64,000 nucleotides of DNA from assembly GCF_006345805.1 (NCBI RefSeq), contig NW_021832612.1, forward strand, positions 39,787 through 103,786. Reading direction: 5' to 3'. The translations under genes and the position numbers were made by a program. The stretch's first letter is position 1. Each line of letters starts with the position of its first letter. The DNA is from Octopus sinensis. Its lineage: Eukaryota. Of the stretch, positions 12,855 to 26,869 are shown in pieces. The notes beneath the pieces are model-generated. The model saw nothing but the letters and a program-made list of their open reading frames with translations. It made no database searches and was not told the origin of the DNA.

Positions 12855-13480
12855 ACAGATAACTACTAAATAATCGATGAATAAAAGGGACAAAGATAGC
12901 ACCAAACCTCCGTGCTGCGATGGAAAATGTTGGCTCTGCTATACCAGTGTGGAAGATGTCACCCACATCATCAGTAGTTGCGACAAAATGCCTACGAGAT
13001 TCTACCTGCCCCTGAGGCATGATATAGTTGCAAAGACTATTTACGATGCTACCCATAGGAAGGACTGCTCGGACGTATACATCGAAGCCATGTTAGAACC
13101 AGCAAGTAATCAGACCTTTTGAAAGCAAGGAATACTGGTGGAACTCCCCGCAAAAACAAACATCAATTCGGTACAAATATAGCAGACCTGATATTGTTCT
13201 GTGGTACAGGGGAAAAATTCATGCATTGTTGTAAGGGTCAGCTGCCCAGAGGATGTGAATGTGCAATCAAAAGTCTTAGGAAAATAGAACATTTATGGCA
13301 AACTTACAGTTCTTGTACCCTGACCATAAAGTCTCGTTTGCACCTTTCATCAGAAGTGCATTAGATTATGTACCAACAATTTTGCACATTTGCAGAAAAA
13401 CCTATAAATACTCGGTTTCACAGAGAAAGAGCTAAAGAAAAACTGACGCGGATTGTCAAATTCCAATGTTTTAGTGGCAC
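12855..13480 (+). mobile_element. Old R4-clade 3' fragment (zinc knuckle/RLE), shared by both paralog blocks
   Basis: KCWLCYTSVEDVTHIISSC..RHDIV; copy at ~49495-50140. Confidence 0.7.
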
Positions 13481-14044
13481 AGTGAAGATGTGTAAAACAT
13501 TCCCAAACTATTCCATCTGTGATTCTTAGGTGAATAGATGCACACGATTGAGTGTATGCATCGACAGTCCCACGAACTCAACCACACATTTGCAATCACC
13601 GGGAACTCACTCATCTCAAAAACTCTTGTCGCTTTCTTACCGACTGTATGTTTATTGCATTCAGATGGCAGGAATTTTCTCCATTCGCTTCTTGCGTTGA
13701 AAGACAATTTGAAACAGCGAAGTGTGTACAGACACAAAAGTATGCTTCAAACTGCGGACAGGCCAATTCTTTTAATAGAACCTGTCTTGAAGTCCAAGAA
13801 CCAAGTCAGATTATATGCCTGGGGAGACGCTATTACCTTTACGACCCTGTCTCTTTAAATTATCATCAAAACCCAGCAGCAACCGGGATTCTTTATTGAG
13901 GAGTTGTGGAGTGAAACGATTTGGTACCAGACTTTCCTAGAGAAAGGGAATTCATCACCTTTAAGGGACTGCCTCAATCCCTCAACAGTGATGATGTTGA
14001 CTGCAAAGGAAGTCATTTGGAAAGCAATTTTATATTTACTGATG

Positions 14045-14385
14045 TAACAATTTTCAGTGTCGATGATCCCTGCCTTTGTGTGTTTCATTTTGTTTTTGTA
14101 TATTCCACTCTGGGCTGTTTTTCTCTGTTCGCTACAGTACTGGCAACTGGAAATTGATGAAGCCACTCCCACACTTTCTTCGGGACAAGTATCACTCTTA
14201 GGAGGGAAAGCTCTGTGCACTGTCAAAATTTTTCTGGTCTTGGTATTCTTCATTTCTCTCCTTTGCCATTTTATAATTCCCACTCCATACCGAAGTGATG
14301 CTATCGCTCACGTATCGACTGCTTGGATTTTATTCTATCCAGTCAATTTTGAGCGCAACACCAACCTCAGTCGTCTGACATACTA
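14045..14385 (-). mobile_element. Degenerate R4/Dong fragment
   Basis: KTRKILTVHRAFPPKSD, homologous to KTRKILTGSRMHHPKSD. Confidence 0.6.
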
Positions 14386-17300
14386 GGGCTCTAGTCTGTC
14401 TATGAAGATATCTTCCTCATAGACAGACTAGAACCCCAAATTAACAACATGCTGCATATTTTCAGCCAGTAACGTCGGGATGTGTGTAAGTTCATTTCTG
14501 GTAACATGCTCAGGTATTATAAAAAAAACTACACGTACAATACATAACTTAGAAGCAGCGCTGCAGATATGCCGATACACCCGAGCTCGAGGCAGGGCCG
14601 CCCTCACGCACTTCTCATGAGGAATTCCAGCAGGGGCTTCGTAAGGCCACTGCAGAGACGATTCCGAAAAATTAATCCAGTAACCGTTGGGAAAAACCGA
14701 TTACAGCAGTAACTCGATCAATTCCTAGCAATATCTGAAGAAGGAATTTTTATATTCCGAAATATTATTATATCAGACTATGAGTAATTAATTTATAACA
14801 GTTATTATAGTCCACTCTGCATTGTTCTGCCATTGAAGACACGTTATATTTTGCACTGTATATATTTGTAGGCCTGTAAAATAGTCACACCATATTGTTC
14901 GGTTATAAAATCATGTGACGGAAAAAAGGAGAAGAAAAACAGAGAAAAAGGAAAAGATGTAAAATATAAAAGTAAACAAAGAAAATAAGGGGCAAAAACA
15001 GGAAAGAAAATTCACATCGACTCTGCTCTTCTCAATACGTGTGACATGTCGGTTAATACAATCTGTTGATTTCCAACATGAATGGTAATCTAGGGATCAT
15101 TCTTAAAAAATCTTCAGTTCAAGTGCTCCTACAATCACTGGTATTGTAACCGTCTTGAGATGCCATCTTTGCTCCTACTACTGTGTGGAATTATCAAATG
15201 TTGTTTAGTTTCGACTTTTGTCTTGTACATGATATCATCATAAATATGTGAGGGCTGGAGGCGATAGTAGGAGAAAGAGGAGTAGCTTGCTGGTGGGGTG
15301 GATATTTTTGAATTTTCCTTTGCTTTCTGTAGGTTTTTCTGTGTTTTATAGTTTTGGTAATTGTGCAGTTTGTATATATTGGCAGGTGCTTATCTCCTTA
15401 ATTTTTTTCATTCGTTTAATTTGTTGCTATAAAAGGTACGTTTACATAACTGAGTAGTCAGGGTGAAAAGAAGGGTAAAATTTTCATAGAAAATTGTAGA
15501 TATTAAAGTTTTAAATTTTCTCAAGATGATCGTTTGTATGTCCGGCCAGAGAAAACTGTAGCGTTCTTGCAATAAAAAGGGTGTTTATATTTTTGAATAT
15601 TCAGGGATAAAGGAGAGAGATAGTATTCACAGAAGTTCTAAATATTTTTAAAGATTTTTTAAGATTTTAAAGATGATCGTTTGTGTGTTCGCCCAGAGAA
15701 AATTAAAGATATGTAAGTTTCTAGCCTTATGGGGTGGTGGTGAGATTTTAAAATACTCACAGGAGATGGTAGATGTTCCAATTACCAAAAGTTATATTTC
15801 AGTTGTTCTGCCGGGTTGTGTTAGTGTTTGTGTGTCTTCGGCTACTGACTGGTCAGTGCAGCCGCTGTCAAGGCTAGCGCTCTTTATTATTATTATTATT
15901 ATTATTATTATATTATTATTATTATTATTATATTATTATTATTATTATTATCACCATTATTATTATTGTTATCATTATTATTGATTTTGATATTTTAGAA
16001 GGACTAACGAACCTCTTCACAAATATAAATAGACAATACGAAAAGCATTTCGTCCGGCGTGCTAACGATTCGGCTAGTCCGCCGCTTTAGCATTGCAGAC
16101 AACATATTAAAATTAATTCCGATCGATTCTACACGCTTCTCTGAGCTGTTCCAGAAAAAAAATCATTTTTTCCTACTCTAATGCGGACTAATTATATTTG
16201 TAAGACATATACACCGGACTCCTTACCAAGAATCAAAACCTCGGTCTTCACGCTTGTTTATATTGTTCTCGCCATTTGTGTTTATATTTCATTCGTTTTA
16301 CCTATTTACTTCGCCACCATTTTAGATGAGACAGGGTTTAATCTTGTTAACCCATTTCGTTCTATTGTCAATGGTCTGACTTCCCTTTAGCACTGCAATA
16401 AATTCGAGATACCAAGAGAAAAATATTATCTTTCCTCTGCAACTTCCAAACAGTTAACTATGGCACATTCCCGCGAGCTTTGCCCCATTTATCCCCCTCA
16501 AGTTAGGGTTCACTATTAACAACTACCATGGTAATAGATTATCCATCAAAACTAACTAAATTTTGTGTCTACTTCCCACTCGTCGCAGTTGCAGAACCGC
16601 GTAAGTAAAATCTACAGTAAGTGTGAAATACCTTTCAGTAGTTCTTTGCAGTGCATCCAGAAGTGTTATCTAAACAATGCACAGTCTTTCGCCAACTTGT
16701 CACATCTCTATGTGTTACAAACAACTTGCTACATCGTGCCTGTAACGCCTTTCCATTTACAATTATACTGTTATACATATAAAGACATGTTTGAAGTACA
16801 TTTCGAAAGTATCTAGGATCTTTATAAACGTCTGTCCCTTCATATCTGAGGCCTTGTGTTATTACTAGAAATAACTGAGAGTAAATAAAACTCAACATAT
16901 ATTAAAGAAGTAATGATTTCTTGTATAAAATCGTCTTATATAAATAGGGAAGTCGATTGTATTAAGGAGATTAGGATTTCTTGATTAATATTAAAGAAAT
17001 CACGAAAGATATTAAGACCATCAGAAGAATAAGAAACAATTTTTATTCCATTTCAGAACTTTGGAACGATTTCAAACAGTCAAATACACTGGACAAGATT
17101 AACTCTGTGGGATGTGGTATAATATTTTTCGACTCTTATTATTTCCTTGACAGTAAGACCCTCTTTTTGTTCATTTTTTTGTGTTTTTCGTTTCTGTTTC
17201 TGATTTCTAATCTTTATTAACTTGATCTCTAGTTCTTGCCACATTCATTGATCTCTAGTTCTTGCCACAAAAATTAAAAAAATAAATAAATATCGCATTC

Positions 17301-17847
17301 TCCTACATCAAATGAGTATTTCTACTTAGAAACTTAATTCTTAATTAAATATATTAACAGTAAATTAATGATTAATATTCATTCAAAAGGATGTTGTAAA
17401 ACAACCAACAAATACATTTAAAATCTGGCAGATGGATTAATATTAATCTCCGTTGTCATTAAAATTCTCAACACGCTTCCTTACTAATCTGCAAAGAAAT
17501 ACCTCAATACATCTCGCCGGTAATACGAGAACCATTCTCCCTCCGAGATACCCATCAACATACCCCTTCTCATTCTCCCGTCATACATGCTATTACAGCA
17601 ACCAGATCACATCCCGCATCAATTATTAATCCCAGTCCTTCCTTTCTAGATTATACAACATTCAGGTACTCACTCCCTACTCACACTAACCTAAAGATGT
17701 CTAAACGGAACATGAATACAATCGATCTATCGAATCAATAGGCCCTATCTATTCGTTTCCTTTGTACTTTGTCAGATTAGAGCAATAATTTAATTTATGC
17801 TCTTATATTTATTGTGTTTCCTCTTTCCATTTTTTTTTCTATTGCAG

Positions 17848-18038
17848 AAAAAGAAACTAATGATTTGACAGCTTATTCAACATTTTCCTTCAAACAAAAT
17901 CCAAATCTCTACCTTATAACAGAGGCCCAAATGGATGCTCACTCGGTTCTGGATTGTTCCCGTTTATGTATGATATCTTCTACATGTACTGCCTTTTCAT
18001 ATACTAACACTAAGTGCCTACTAAAGAAACTGAGCTGA
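17848..18038 (+). CDS. Terminal exon A (phase 1), PAN/apple-like domain, paralog 1
   Basis: Acceptor ttttttctattgcag; KETNDLTAYSTFSFKQNPNLYLITEAQMDAHSVLDCSRLCMISSTCTAFSYTNTKCLLKKLS*; phase matches the donor at 12494. Confidence 0.75.
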
Positions 18039-18607
18039 ACTTTAATTGAATTCACCCCAAAATTACTTACTTGTCCATGAATTGTGAGCAAGACTTCAAC
18101 GGATCACGTTTGCTAACCTATTTTGCTTATTTTTTTGTGTCCTTTTTCCTTTTTCTTGTTTCTCATTTTTAATTCATTGATCTTCTGTCTCCATTTCTTG
18201 TCGAAAAAATAAGAGAAATTAATGTCGCTCTCTTCTTCATCGCATTATTTCTTCTACTTAGAGTCCTAATTCTTAGTTAAATATATTTACAGTAAATTTA
18301 TAATTCCTCTCCCCGAGATACTCAGCCACATGCCCCTTCTCCCGTCATACATGCTATTACACCAATCTGATCACATCCCGCATCAATTATTATCCCCAAT
18401 CCTTCCTTTCTAGATTTTACAACACTCAGGATCTAACTCCATACTCGCACTACTCTAAAGATGTCCAAACGGAACATTAATAAAATCGATCTATCGAATC
18501 AATAGTCCATATCCATTCGTTTCCCTTGTACCTTTCAATGAAGAGCAATAATTTCATTTATGTTGTTATATTTCTTGTGCTTTCTCTTGCTTTTTTTTCT
18601 ATTGCAG

Positions 18608-18798
18608 AAAAAGTAATTAATGATTTGACAGCTTATTCAAATTATTCCTTCAAACAAAATCCATATCACAATCTTATTACCAAGGCCCAAATGTATGCTC
18701 ACTCGGTTCTGGATTGTTCCCGTTTATGTTTGATATCTTCTACATGTACCGCCTTTTCATATACTAACACTAAGTGCCTACTAAAGAAACTGATCTGA
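18608..18798 (+). CDS. Terminal exon B (tandem duplicate), PAN/apple-like domain, paralog 1
   Basis: Same acceptor; KVINDLTAYSNYSFKQNPYHNLITKAQMYAHSVLDCSRLCLISSTCTAFSYTNTKCLLKKLI*. Confidence 0.75.
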
Positions 18799-19649
18799 AC
18801 TTTAATGGAATTCACCCAAACATTACTTCTCCATAATTGTGAGCAAATCTTCAACGGATCACGTTTGCTAATAATAATTATATAAGATAAAATGTGTGTT
18901 TCTTTGTGAACAAAATCAATTTAATTAAGTTATTTCTTTTGTTGATTAATTTTAATTGCTAACGATTTTCGTTCTAAATTAGTCTTCTCTTAGAACATGA
19001 TTGCTAATTTGAGTTTTAGCTCTGGTCTCTCGGAAACTATTTAAGCCGGCTGATCTAAACTGCTTTTATTAAGGATTATAAAGCGAAATTAAAATAAGAA
19101 TCTTTTCTTTTTCTCTTTGGACGAAATTTTGTGTTTCAGCAACTTATAAGTACAGGTTAAACGAAGAATAGGTTAAACCAAAATACGAAATCAATTATAC
19201 GGAAAACGAAATCTAATAGAAATTTGATCGTAAACTCAGAAGCCCCACGATTTCTTTCAGGTTATCGAAAAGTTAAAATAGTTTTTTGCTGTGAAAAACA
19301 TAAATTGCAATGCTGACCATACATGTCGTAAAATGTTCCTTTTGTTTTCATTTGTTTAGTTTTAGATTAATATTGGATTCTTTGTTTATAGTTTATTGAA
19401 AAGGAGAGGTGGCGGTGGACAATGCGTTTGCAAGTCTTTATGGATTGGTGAGATCGATACGGTTAATGCTTAGTTTGAAGATTTGTGTGTTGACATCTGT
19501 TGGGAAAATTGGATCAGGGATTGCATTTCAGGCGATTAAAGTTCTGGAGCAGTGGAGACCCAATCGCTGTGTTGTAGCCCAGTCAGCATTAGCTTTTAAA
19601 AAGCACGGCCAACAATTTTAGATAACTAATAATTTGAGTTTTGATTTAA

Positions 19650-21100
19650 TATATGAAATTTGAAGTCAACTTCTCAAAATGATTGAAAATCACAAATAAA
19701 TAAAACGTTGGCACCGTCTAATATAAGTCATGAAAATACGAACTCCTCGAAAGTGATTCTCTTTTCGTTGTTGTGTCGCAAAACGAAGGAAGATGTCTTT
19801 AAAATTCAGATTTTCATCACACCATTTATTCATTATACTTGGGCATAAATTGTCCGGTTTATTGTCTACCACGGATCTCGCCTGATAAGACTTTATCCTC
19901 TACAGATTGAGAAAGTATTCATTCATAGACTGCCGTGTGCTTACAGGCAGTGTTACGTCTTCTTGCAGCAGTTCGATCAGTTCAATCGAGGAATCCGTAG
20001 AGAGATTCAAAATCTCAAGTAAATAGGTGAAATTGATCAAGATGTGTCACTTCCACCCGATGCGTCGCTTTGCAGAGTGGCATTCAGACCACACCAGGGC
20101 CTCTAAATTTAGTTGAAATGTATCTGCTATGAATTTGAGACAAACAATGTTCAGAAACTGGAGCATTTACGGATTGAGATAAGAGAGGTTTATCATGATA
20201 TCACCATTTTATGCCGAAAATTGGTGTCGGAACTCTAAGCAACTCTGGTTCAATATAGGGATGACGGTCTCAAGGTGTAAATTGATGAAAGGTGCTCTAT
20301 TAATTTTCAGCCGACTTTAAACATTCTCACTGACCGATGAGACACGCCTGCTGTGGAGATTTTCCCCGTAGATTAGGTATCTACCGAGTCAGTGGGTTGA
20401 TCTTAATAACTTCACTGATGTGTTACTTAATCGGAGGCTACAAAACTTTCTTTTCGTTTGACATGAAGATGTTTAACTGGATATCATTCCCGTTACTGTA
20501 GTCACAGCAGTGAAGATTTGTAATATTTTTGCTAAAGACTTGATTCGTATTAAAACTTGTTTAGAGGAGACGAAAGCGCAAACTTTCATAGACAATCGTA
20601 ATAGAAGCACTTGTCTTTAATTTGCCTCTCCCATGACTTGATAACCTCACTGAAATGAGGTAGGATATCCATAATGAAGTAAAGCTCATAATGAACAACA
20701 TAGCACGGTCCCTGCTGACAGACCCATCGTGTATAGGAGAAGATTTTCTTCTCTGCTGGTTGTCCTCGTTTTTCTTCCTGTAAGCACTTGTTGTACTGAG
20801 GCAGTCTGAATCGATCCATAAACAGTTAAAGTTGCTTTTGTATGACTAGAAATTCCCCGATAGCCTTTACATTTTTGTTAAGAAGTTATCTACATCTAGG
20901 TTCAGTTGGTGGAAGCTGACACAAGTTGCAGATGGGGCTGCGACAAGCAATTTCGCTTGAACACCAGCGATTCCTCCGCTCATGACAGTGGCACCATCAT
21001 AACTATTTGTGAACATCAATACAAAGGGTACCCAAAAGTAAAAGGAACGTTGTCTGTGGGACATACCCGCTATAGGTTAGGCTTCTACGGCTAGAAACCA
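19650..21100 (-). mobile_element. hAT transposase remnant
   Basis: SYDGATVMSGGIAGVQAKL..HQLNL (ORF 20867-21064) and a degenerate LPVST dimerisation-domain region near 19880-19950. Confidence 0.7.
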
Positions 21101-21179
21101 CTTGATGCGCCCCTCGGGCATCCGCCTGTCGACTGGCGCCATTGTCAAGAGTCGTACTGTCACGTGGTGCGTCTTTGTC

Positions 21180-22240
21180 TTGCAGTATTTCTCCCTTGTT
21201 CGTCGATTATTGCGATGGATGAAACGAGGGGACAGCGTGCTTCCTAGACATTCTGTTTTTTGCTGGGGGAAACCAGCGGCCGGAACAGTTGCCATGCTTC
21301 GAACAGCTTACAAGGATGCTGCAATGAGCAAAACACAATTTTACGAGTAGGATTTCACGCTTTTGGAACGGTCACTTTTCGCATGAAGACCAACCTCTTG
21401 GCCACCGTCGACCTCCTGAACGAATGAAAACATCACGAAAATTCGTGAACTGGTCTTGGAAGACCGTTGCCGAACAATTGATGAACGTGTTGATACAACT
21501 GATGTGTTCTGGAGTTTCTGCCAATGAGTTTTTAGCGAGGAATTGTGAATGAAAGAGTTGCAGCAAAATCTGTGACTCACTTGCTCACGGAAGATCAAAA
21601 TCAGTCGTGACTAAGTGCGTGTCGTAAAGTGAAAGAACAGTTGGAAGTTGATCCAAAATTTTTTTTAAGAAGGCCATCACTAGCGACGAAGGCTGGTGCT
21701 ATATCTACAACCCGGAAACGATAGGGCACTCAAGTCAATGGAAGCATTAAATATCACCACGCCCTACAAGTCAAGTGCGTCAAGTGAAGGCCAACTTCAA
21801 GACGATGCTGATTTGTTTCATTTATGCGAAATGAATTGTCCGTACAGTATTTGTTCCTCCTGGTCACACTGTTCACCAGACATTTTGCTTGGCAGTTCCG
21901 AGGTATTTGCGAGACACGGCGAGACGAAAACGTCCCGACCAGTGGCAGAGTGGAGTGTGGTGGTTTCATCACGACAAAGAAATTTCGTACACCGCCTTCA
22001 GTGTGAGACAGTTTTTGACCAAAAATGACATGACCTCGTTTACCTACCCTCCATATTCACCCGGTCTTGCTCCCTGTAATAATTTTTTGTTGCCCCGAAA
22101 GAAAAAAGTCCTAAAAGAAAAATGTTTTGCAAATGTGAAGGATTTGAAGAAAAAAAGACGACGGAGGCGATAAAAGACATCACGAATTGCAGGACTGCTT
22201 CGAATAGTGGAAAACGCGTCTGGACCGGTGCATTAAATTC
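21180..22240 (+). mobile_element. Degenerate mariner transposase
   Basis: MLRTAYKDAAMSKTQFYE, ITSDEGWCY, WWFHHD and YPPYSPGLAPCN motifs with stops and frameshifts. Confidence 0.8.
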
Positions 22241-22769
22241 AGAAGTTACTCAATATCCAAAGAGTTCTTCACAGATAATATTCTCAAATACTCGGTGTAG
22301 AAGGCCTTAGAGCAGTTTAATTTTCGAAATGACTATTATTTCATGCAAAATTAATGTAAATTTTAAGAATTAGACAAGTCTGAAGCTAGTAATTCTTAGA
22401 TTACTGATGCCATAATATAGAGAAACATTTTGTACAAAATATAATGTCGCGTGACACTAACGCACGGACGTAGCAGGAAATGTAGAAACTTAATCACGTG
22501 TTCATTCTTTTCAAACACTTGACAGAAAACATTCAAAGCATTGATCATTTGGACATATTCAATCAACCGCATCAGCCTTAACTTACGGTGCCAAACATGT
22601 CACTTGATCCCAACGCACACACGCAGCGGGGAACCTAAAAAACATTCTAAGATATACATATATCCGTTTCTAAGACCAGTCATGTGACTATCCTCTATCA
22701 ATCAAATCCGATTCAGAACGTATACTATTTTCAGTCATGAACTCGCCTATAAAACTAGGGCAAGCCTCA

Positions 22770-24040
22770 AACAATAGTCAGTAGCGAAACAGCTGTAGCA
22801 TATGCCACATCTTTCTGTTTCGACTTTCTCATGACTGACGCTTGGGCAACGTGCTTTATATATTCTGGTACCGCAATAATTAGGGATATAAATCTGAACT
22901 TGTAATCGGGATAGAGTAACAGTATATTTCTCAATAATTCAGCGTAGTTATTCTTTTTTTCGCAGATATTTATGTTAACATCCGCTGAACAGCTAATTTC
23001 CACAACTTTATACAGTTTCTCTTTTCCATCCCAAATGACTATGTCAGTCCGATTATGCTTAAATTTTATTGAGGTTTTCACCGGGACATTTCATCAGAAC
23101 TCCTTCTTATTATGAGTGACTATGGCCTCTACCAAACTGTGGATTATTATTTCTTTGGTGTCATGGTTATCCTTCCGACGGATCTTGTTATACAGTGTCT
23201 TAATCACATCATATCACATCGGTTGGTAATACCGCGATGACATCTTCGAACAACTGCTTATGATGTGGGTGACAGCATGGTGTTAACTTCAGAAAGTCTG
23301 CATCGGTTATCATAGTTTGGTATTTTATCCGCGTCTTTGAGCCTTTTTTGCATCAAGCATTTGTTTGATACTTCCTATTCTTGGATTGCAAAAGCATAGC
23401 GGTCAGTGTGAGTTTGTAGTCCGGTCGTTGGTCCATGGCTGATTGCTATTATGATCAATGTTACTATCATCCCGAAGCTTTCTGCTAACATATCCATGCA
23501 TGATCTTCTGCTGATATACGCTCATCCTTTCATTTGATGACATGTTGCTGTAGAGTCGTGCGACATTTTGGACATATATTCTAGATTATCAGACAAAGAG
23601 TGTTATCTGCCTCGTGTATGCAAATGTGGCCAAGTGATGCACTTCAATATTTGGTGGTTAAAAGATCTTGCTGAAGGGATTTTAATACGACATTCAAAGT
23701 CGGTCTGGATCGATGTTAAGTCTCTGCCGCCTTGTTTTCATTGTAGGTAGAGGTGGTCTCCGTTAGGTAGAGGTCAGCCGTCCTGTTGATGTGAATATCT
23801 CTTTGAAAATTAAAGAGAAAGAAGATAACTATGGACAACTGCTCCGAAACCCCCAACTTGTATATCCGGATTACAAATGTACATTTATCCCAATAATAAC
23901 GGGAGCACTTGATTTTCGAAAATAAATACTTATCTGTCAGTCTGGATAAGCTTAGATTTTCAGAAAAAGAAACCAACAGATTGATTGACACTTTACAAAT
24001 ACAATCTATAAACGGAACAGCAAAACTATACAGATTTTCT
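22770..24040. mobile_element. Two R4-clade RLE fragments in opposite orientations (minus 22770-23740, plus 23760-24040)
   Basis: Minus: HNRTDIVIWD..VEISCSADVN. Plus: VSRPVDVNISLKIKEKEDNYGQLLRN..FIPIITGAL. Confidence 0.6.
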
Positions 24041-24157
24041 CAGGTTTAAAATGTGGCATTGCTTTCGTTATCTACATTCCAACATGGAGCTTTGTCTATT
24101 TGTTAGAAACAAGTTCCTTTTTCAGGGGATGAATTTAAATGATTAAATACAGAAAGG

Positions 24158-24384
24158 ACATACATACACACATACGTACCTACATACATATATACATACA
24201 TACATTCATTCATACATGCATACATACATGCATACATACATACATACATACATACATACATACATACATACATACATACATACATACATACATACATACA
24301 TGCATACATACATACAAGCATACATACATACATGCATACATACATACATACATACATACACACATACATACATACATGCATTCA

Positions 24385-24418
<34 letters not shown>

Positions 24419-24498
24419 CATACATACATACATACATACATACATACATACATACATACATGCATGCATGCATGCATGCATGCATGCATGCATGCATG
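24158..24498. repeat. (CATA)n/(CATG)n microsatellite
   Basis: Direct reading; explains the low-complexity ORFs here. Confidence 0.95.
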
Positions 24499-24669
24499 AA
24501 CTGGCAACAGCCGTTTGAACTGTATGACTGATTCTTATTTTACCGACTCTGCTGGGATAAATGATAAAATCGAGTTCGACCAAATTTGAAATGCAGACGT
24601 AGAGGAATGTGATAACGGGCATTAACTCATCGTTTTCTATCCATTCGCTGCCATTGTCACTAAGGTATA

Positions 24670-24890
24670 TTGGTTTCGAATTGTGGCACAATCCCAGAAA
24701 TTTCGGAGGAGGAGGAGGTAAATCGACTACATGAACCCCCGTGTTCAACTGGAACTTAATTTATCGATTCACAAAAACGATAAATGCCGAAGTCGACCTT
24801 GGTGGAATTTGAACTCAGAACGTAGAGACGAACGAAATGCCGCGAAGTATTTTGTCCATCACACTACCGACTCTGCCAGATCGTCACCTT
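24670..24890 (-). mobile_element. Diverged tRNA-derived SINE (same core as the 6525 array)
   Basis: gaagtcgaccttggtggaatttgaactcagaacgt core. Confidence 0.7.
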
Positions 24891-26049
24891 ATTACTACAA
24901 TATGTTAAAGAGTGTTCACCTGTTTCGAAGTATCCTGTTCTGGTGTTACCTTGTTTACAACTCCGAGATACACTTAGGCGATATCAATAATGTTAAACAT
25001 CCTTTGTTCAATATATTCTTTTACAATGGTATGGTATAAACCCAGGATTGACTCTGTCTTTGTATTTCAATTAACAGATATTGACTCTGTGTTTTTTTCT
25101 TGCAATTAACAGATATTCATTGATTAATTGATGATATTAATCAATTAGGAAGGTTATTTATTATTCACTTCATAGAGATTTTATGATCAACAGTGTTGTT
25201 AGTTACAAGGCTTTCAATTAACTAACTTTGACCTACATAATACCTAATAATCAATATTCCTAAACTAAACTCTCATTCGTGAATATATGGTCGTTGGATA
25301 TCGGATATTTTATGTAGTATGTAATGAATGTTGATGAGTCGTCTATTAATCTTTTGTTTCGGATCATTATTCTACTTCTTATAAGAAGCTAAGAACTTGG
25401 TCTAGATTGTTCGAAACTGTTGAATGCCGGCCTGATTTCTCTGTGCATTACGTCAAATGAAAACACCAAATATTTTGAAAGTTGTCAATGCCAACACTTT
25501 CGATTTTCCTATCTTTTTATCAAAATCTCAATTCGAAAATTCAAATGCTTAGAGATGGTCGGTTGACCTTTCGGGTTAGTTTCTATTGTTGCCTGCAAGT
25601 GTCAAACCAAATATTATCTTTATTTTGTTTGCATTCTTTTTCAAAACAAGCTTCTAAAATCTTTCTTCTTTTTTAGAACATAATATATATTTCAAATAAT
25701 GTTATCCAATGTGTTTTATTTTAGAAGATGGTAAAGAGTGTTATGTAGAAAATATGTTTGCCAAATCTCGCGAGTCGGACATCTTTACAGAAGTTTCCTC
25801 ATTCAAACGTGCAGTTTTGATACAACCATTTGGTTTATTTTTGTCATGTTTTTACTTAATCTTAAACCTATTATTCAAGAACGATATTTTCATTTTAAGA
25901 GCACGAGTGTTTGGGACTGAATTTGCTGGTTATATGGCGTGGTTGGATAGCTTATGGGACCTTCTTACAGATCTTATCTCCAAGATTGTGAGTGGTATTT
26001 TCCCCTAGCACAATAAGTCGTCAGACGAACTAAAATTCTTTTTTTTTTT

Positions 26050-26600
26050 AATTAAACGGTGTCAAGATGTTTTCTAAATTGGATCTTTCTGACGCGTACC
26101 TACAAATTAGAGTAGACGATGAATGCTCTAAATACATAACAATTAACACACAGGAAAGACTGTATAAATACAACAGGTTACAATTTGGCTTAAAAGTCAC
26201 GACAGCAATTTTTCGACAGATTTTGGATGCAATATTAGCGGACTGTGAATTTTTACCTCCATACCTGGATAATATAATCCTATAAAAAACGATTCCAGGG
26301 ATCAACACGTAGAACACGTAAGATATGTACTCGAAAAAATTAGATTAATACGGCCTTATTTGAATGAACCGATTAATAGTTGATCCAAATATACCACCGG
26401 AAATGTCACCCGCAGAACCGATGTTTGCTAGAAAGGTCACATCCGTCTTTGATAAGTTGATACCGAGTGAAAATTAAAAACAAAGGCGAACAACAAAATT
26501 ACTTCAAAATTCTTCTACTTTGGTGACAAAGTTTTACTTAAAACCTATAGATATGGTAAAGAAAACTGGGAAGATGGTGTAATGATTAAACAAATTGGAA
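26050..26600 (+). mobile_element. Gypsy/Ty3 pol remnant
   Basis: FSKLDLSDAYLQI..YKYNRLQFGLK..FRQILD..YLDNII RT motifs, followed by an SPAE integrase-end remnant. Confidence 0.8.
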
Positions 26601-26869
26601 AAATGTTATTACTGGTCGGAGAGAGGTGAGGGAGACTAATTCTTAAAAGAGAAGATGTTATGGAAAGATTCTGACCACCTACCATGTAACTGAAGGTGGT
26701 CTGACTCATTGTTATAAAATAAAGAACTGTGAGCGATTGGCAGTTCAAGTTGGTAAGCAGTTCACTGTGAGCTGTGATTAAGAGCGTTGAATCTCAGGTA
26801 ATAGTAATAGTAGCGAGAAGTTGTTAAATTATATATCGAACACAAGTATATAAAATAATATTACATGCA

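Larger units (their letters stand above)
12110..14044 (+). repeat. Segmental duplication block 1 (paralog of ~48650-50675)
   Basis: Colinear acceptor, exon, donor, GATA/CATA repeat and R4 fragment; 11 differences in 230 bp at 12851-13080 versus the paralog. Confidence 0.9.
16043..18995 (+). repeat. Segmental duplication block 2 (paralog of ~58166-60150), carrying an extra terminal-exon unit at ~17160-18116
   Basis: 16043-17160 matches 58166-59262, and 18117-18995 matches 59263-60150. Confidence 0.9.

Noticed and set aside
24103-24748. ORFs with MYVC/HTYI repeats (also 12621, 39562-39992, 49083-49488, 61367-61665)
   Set aside because: Translations of CATA, GATA and CA microsatellites.
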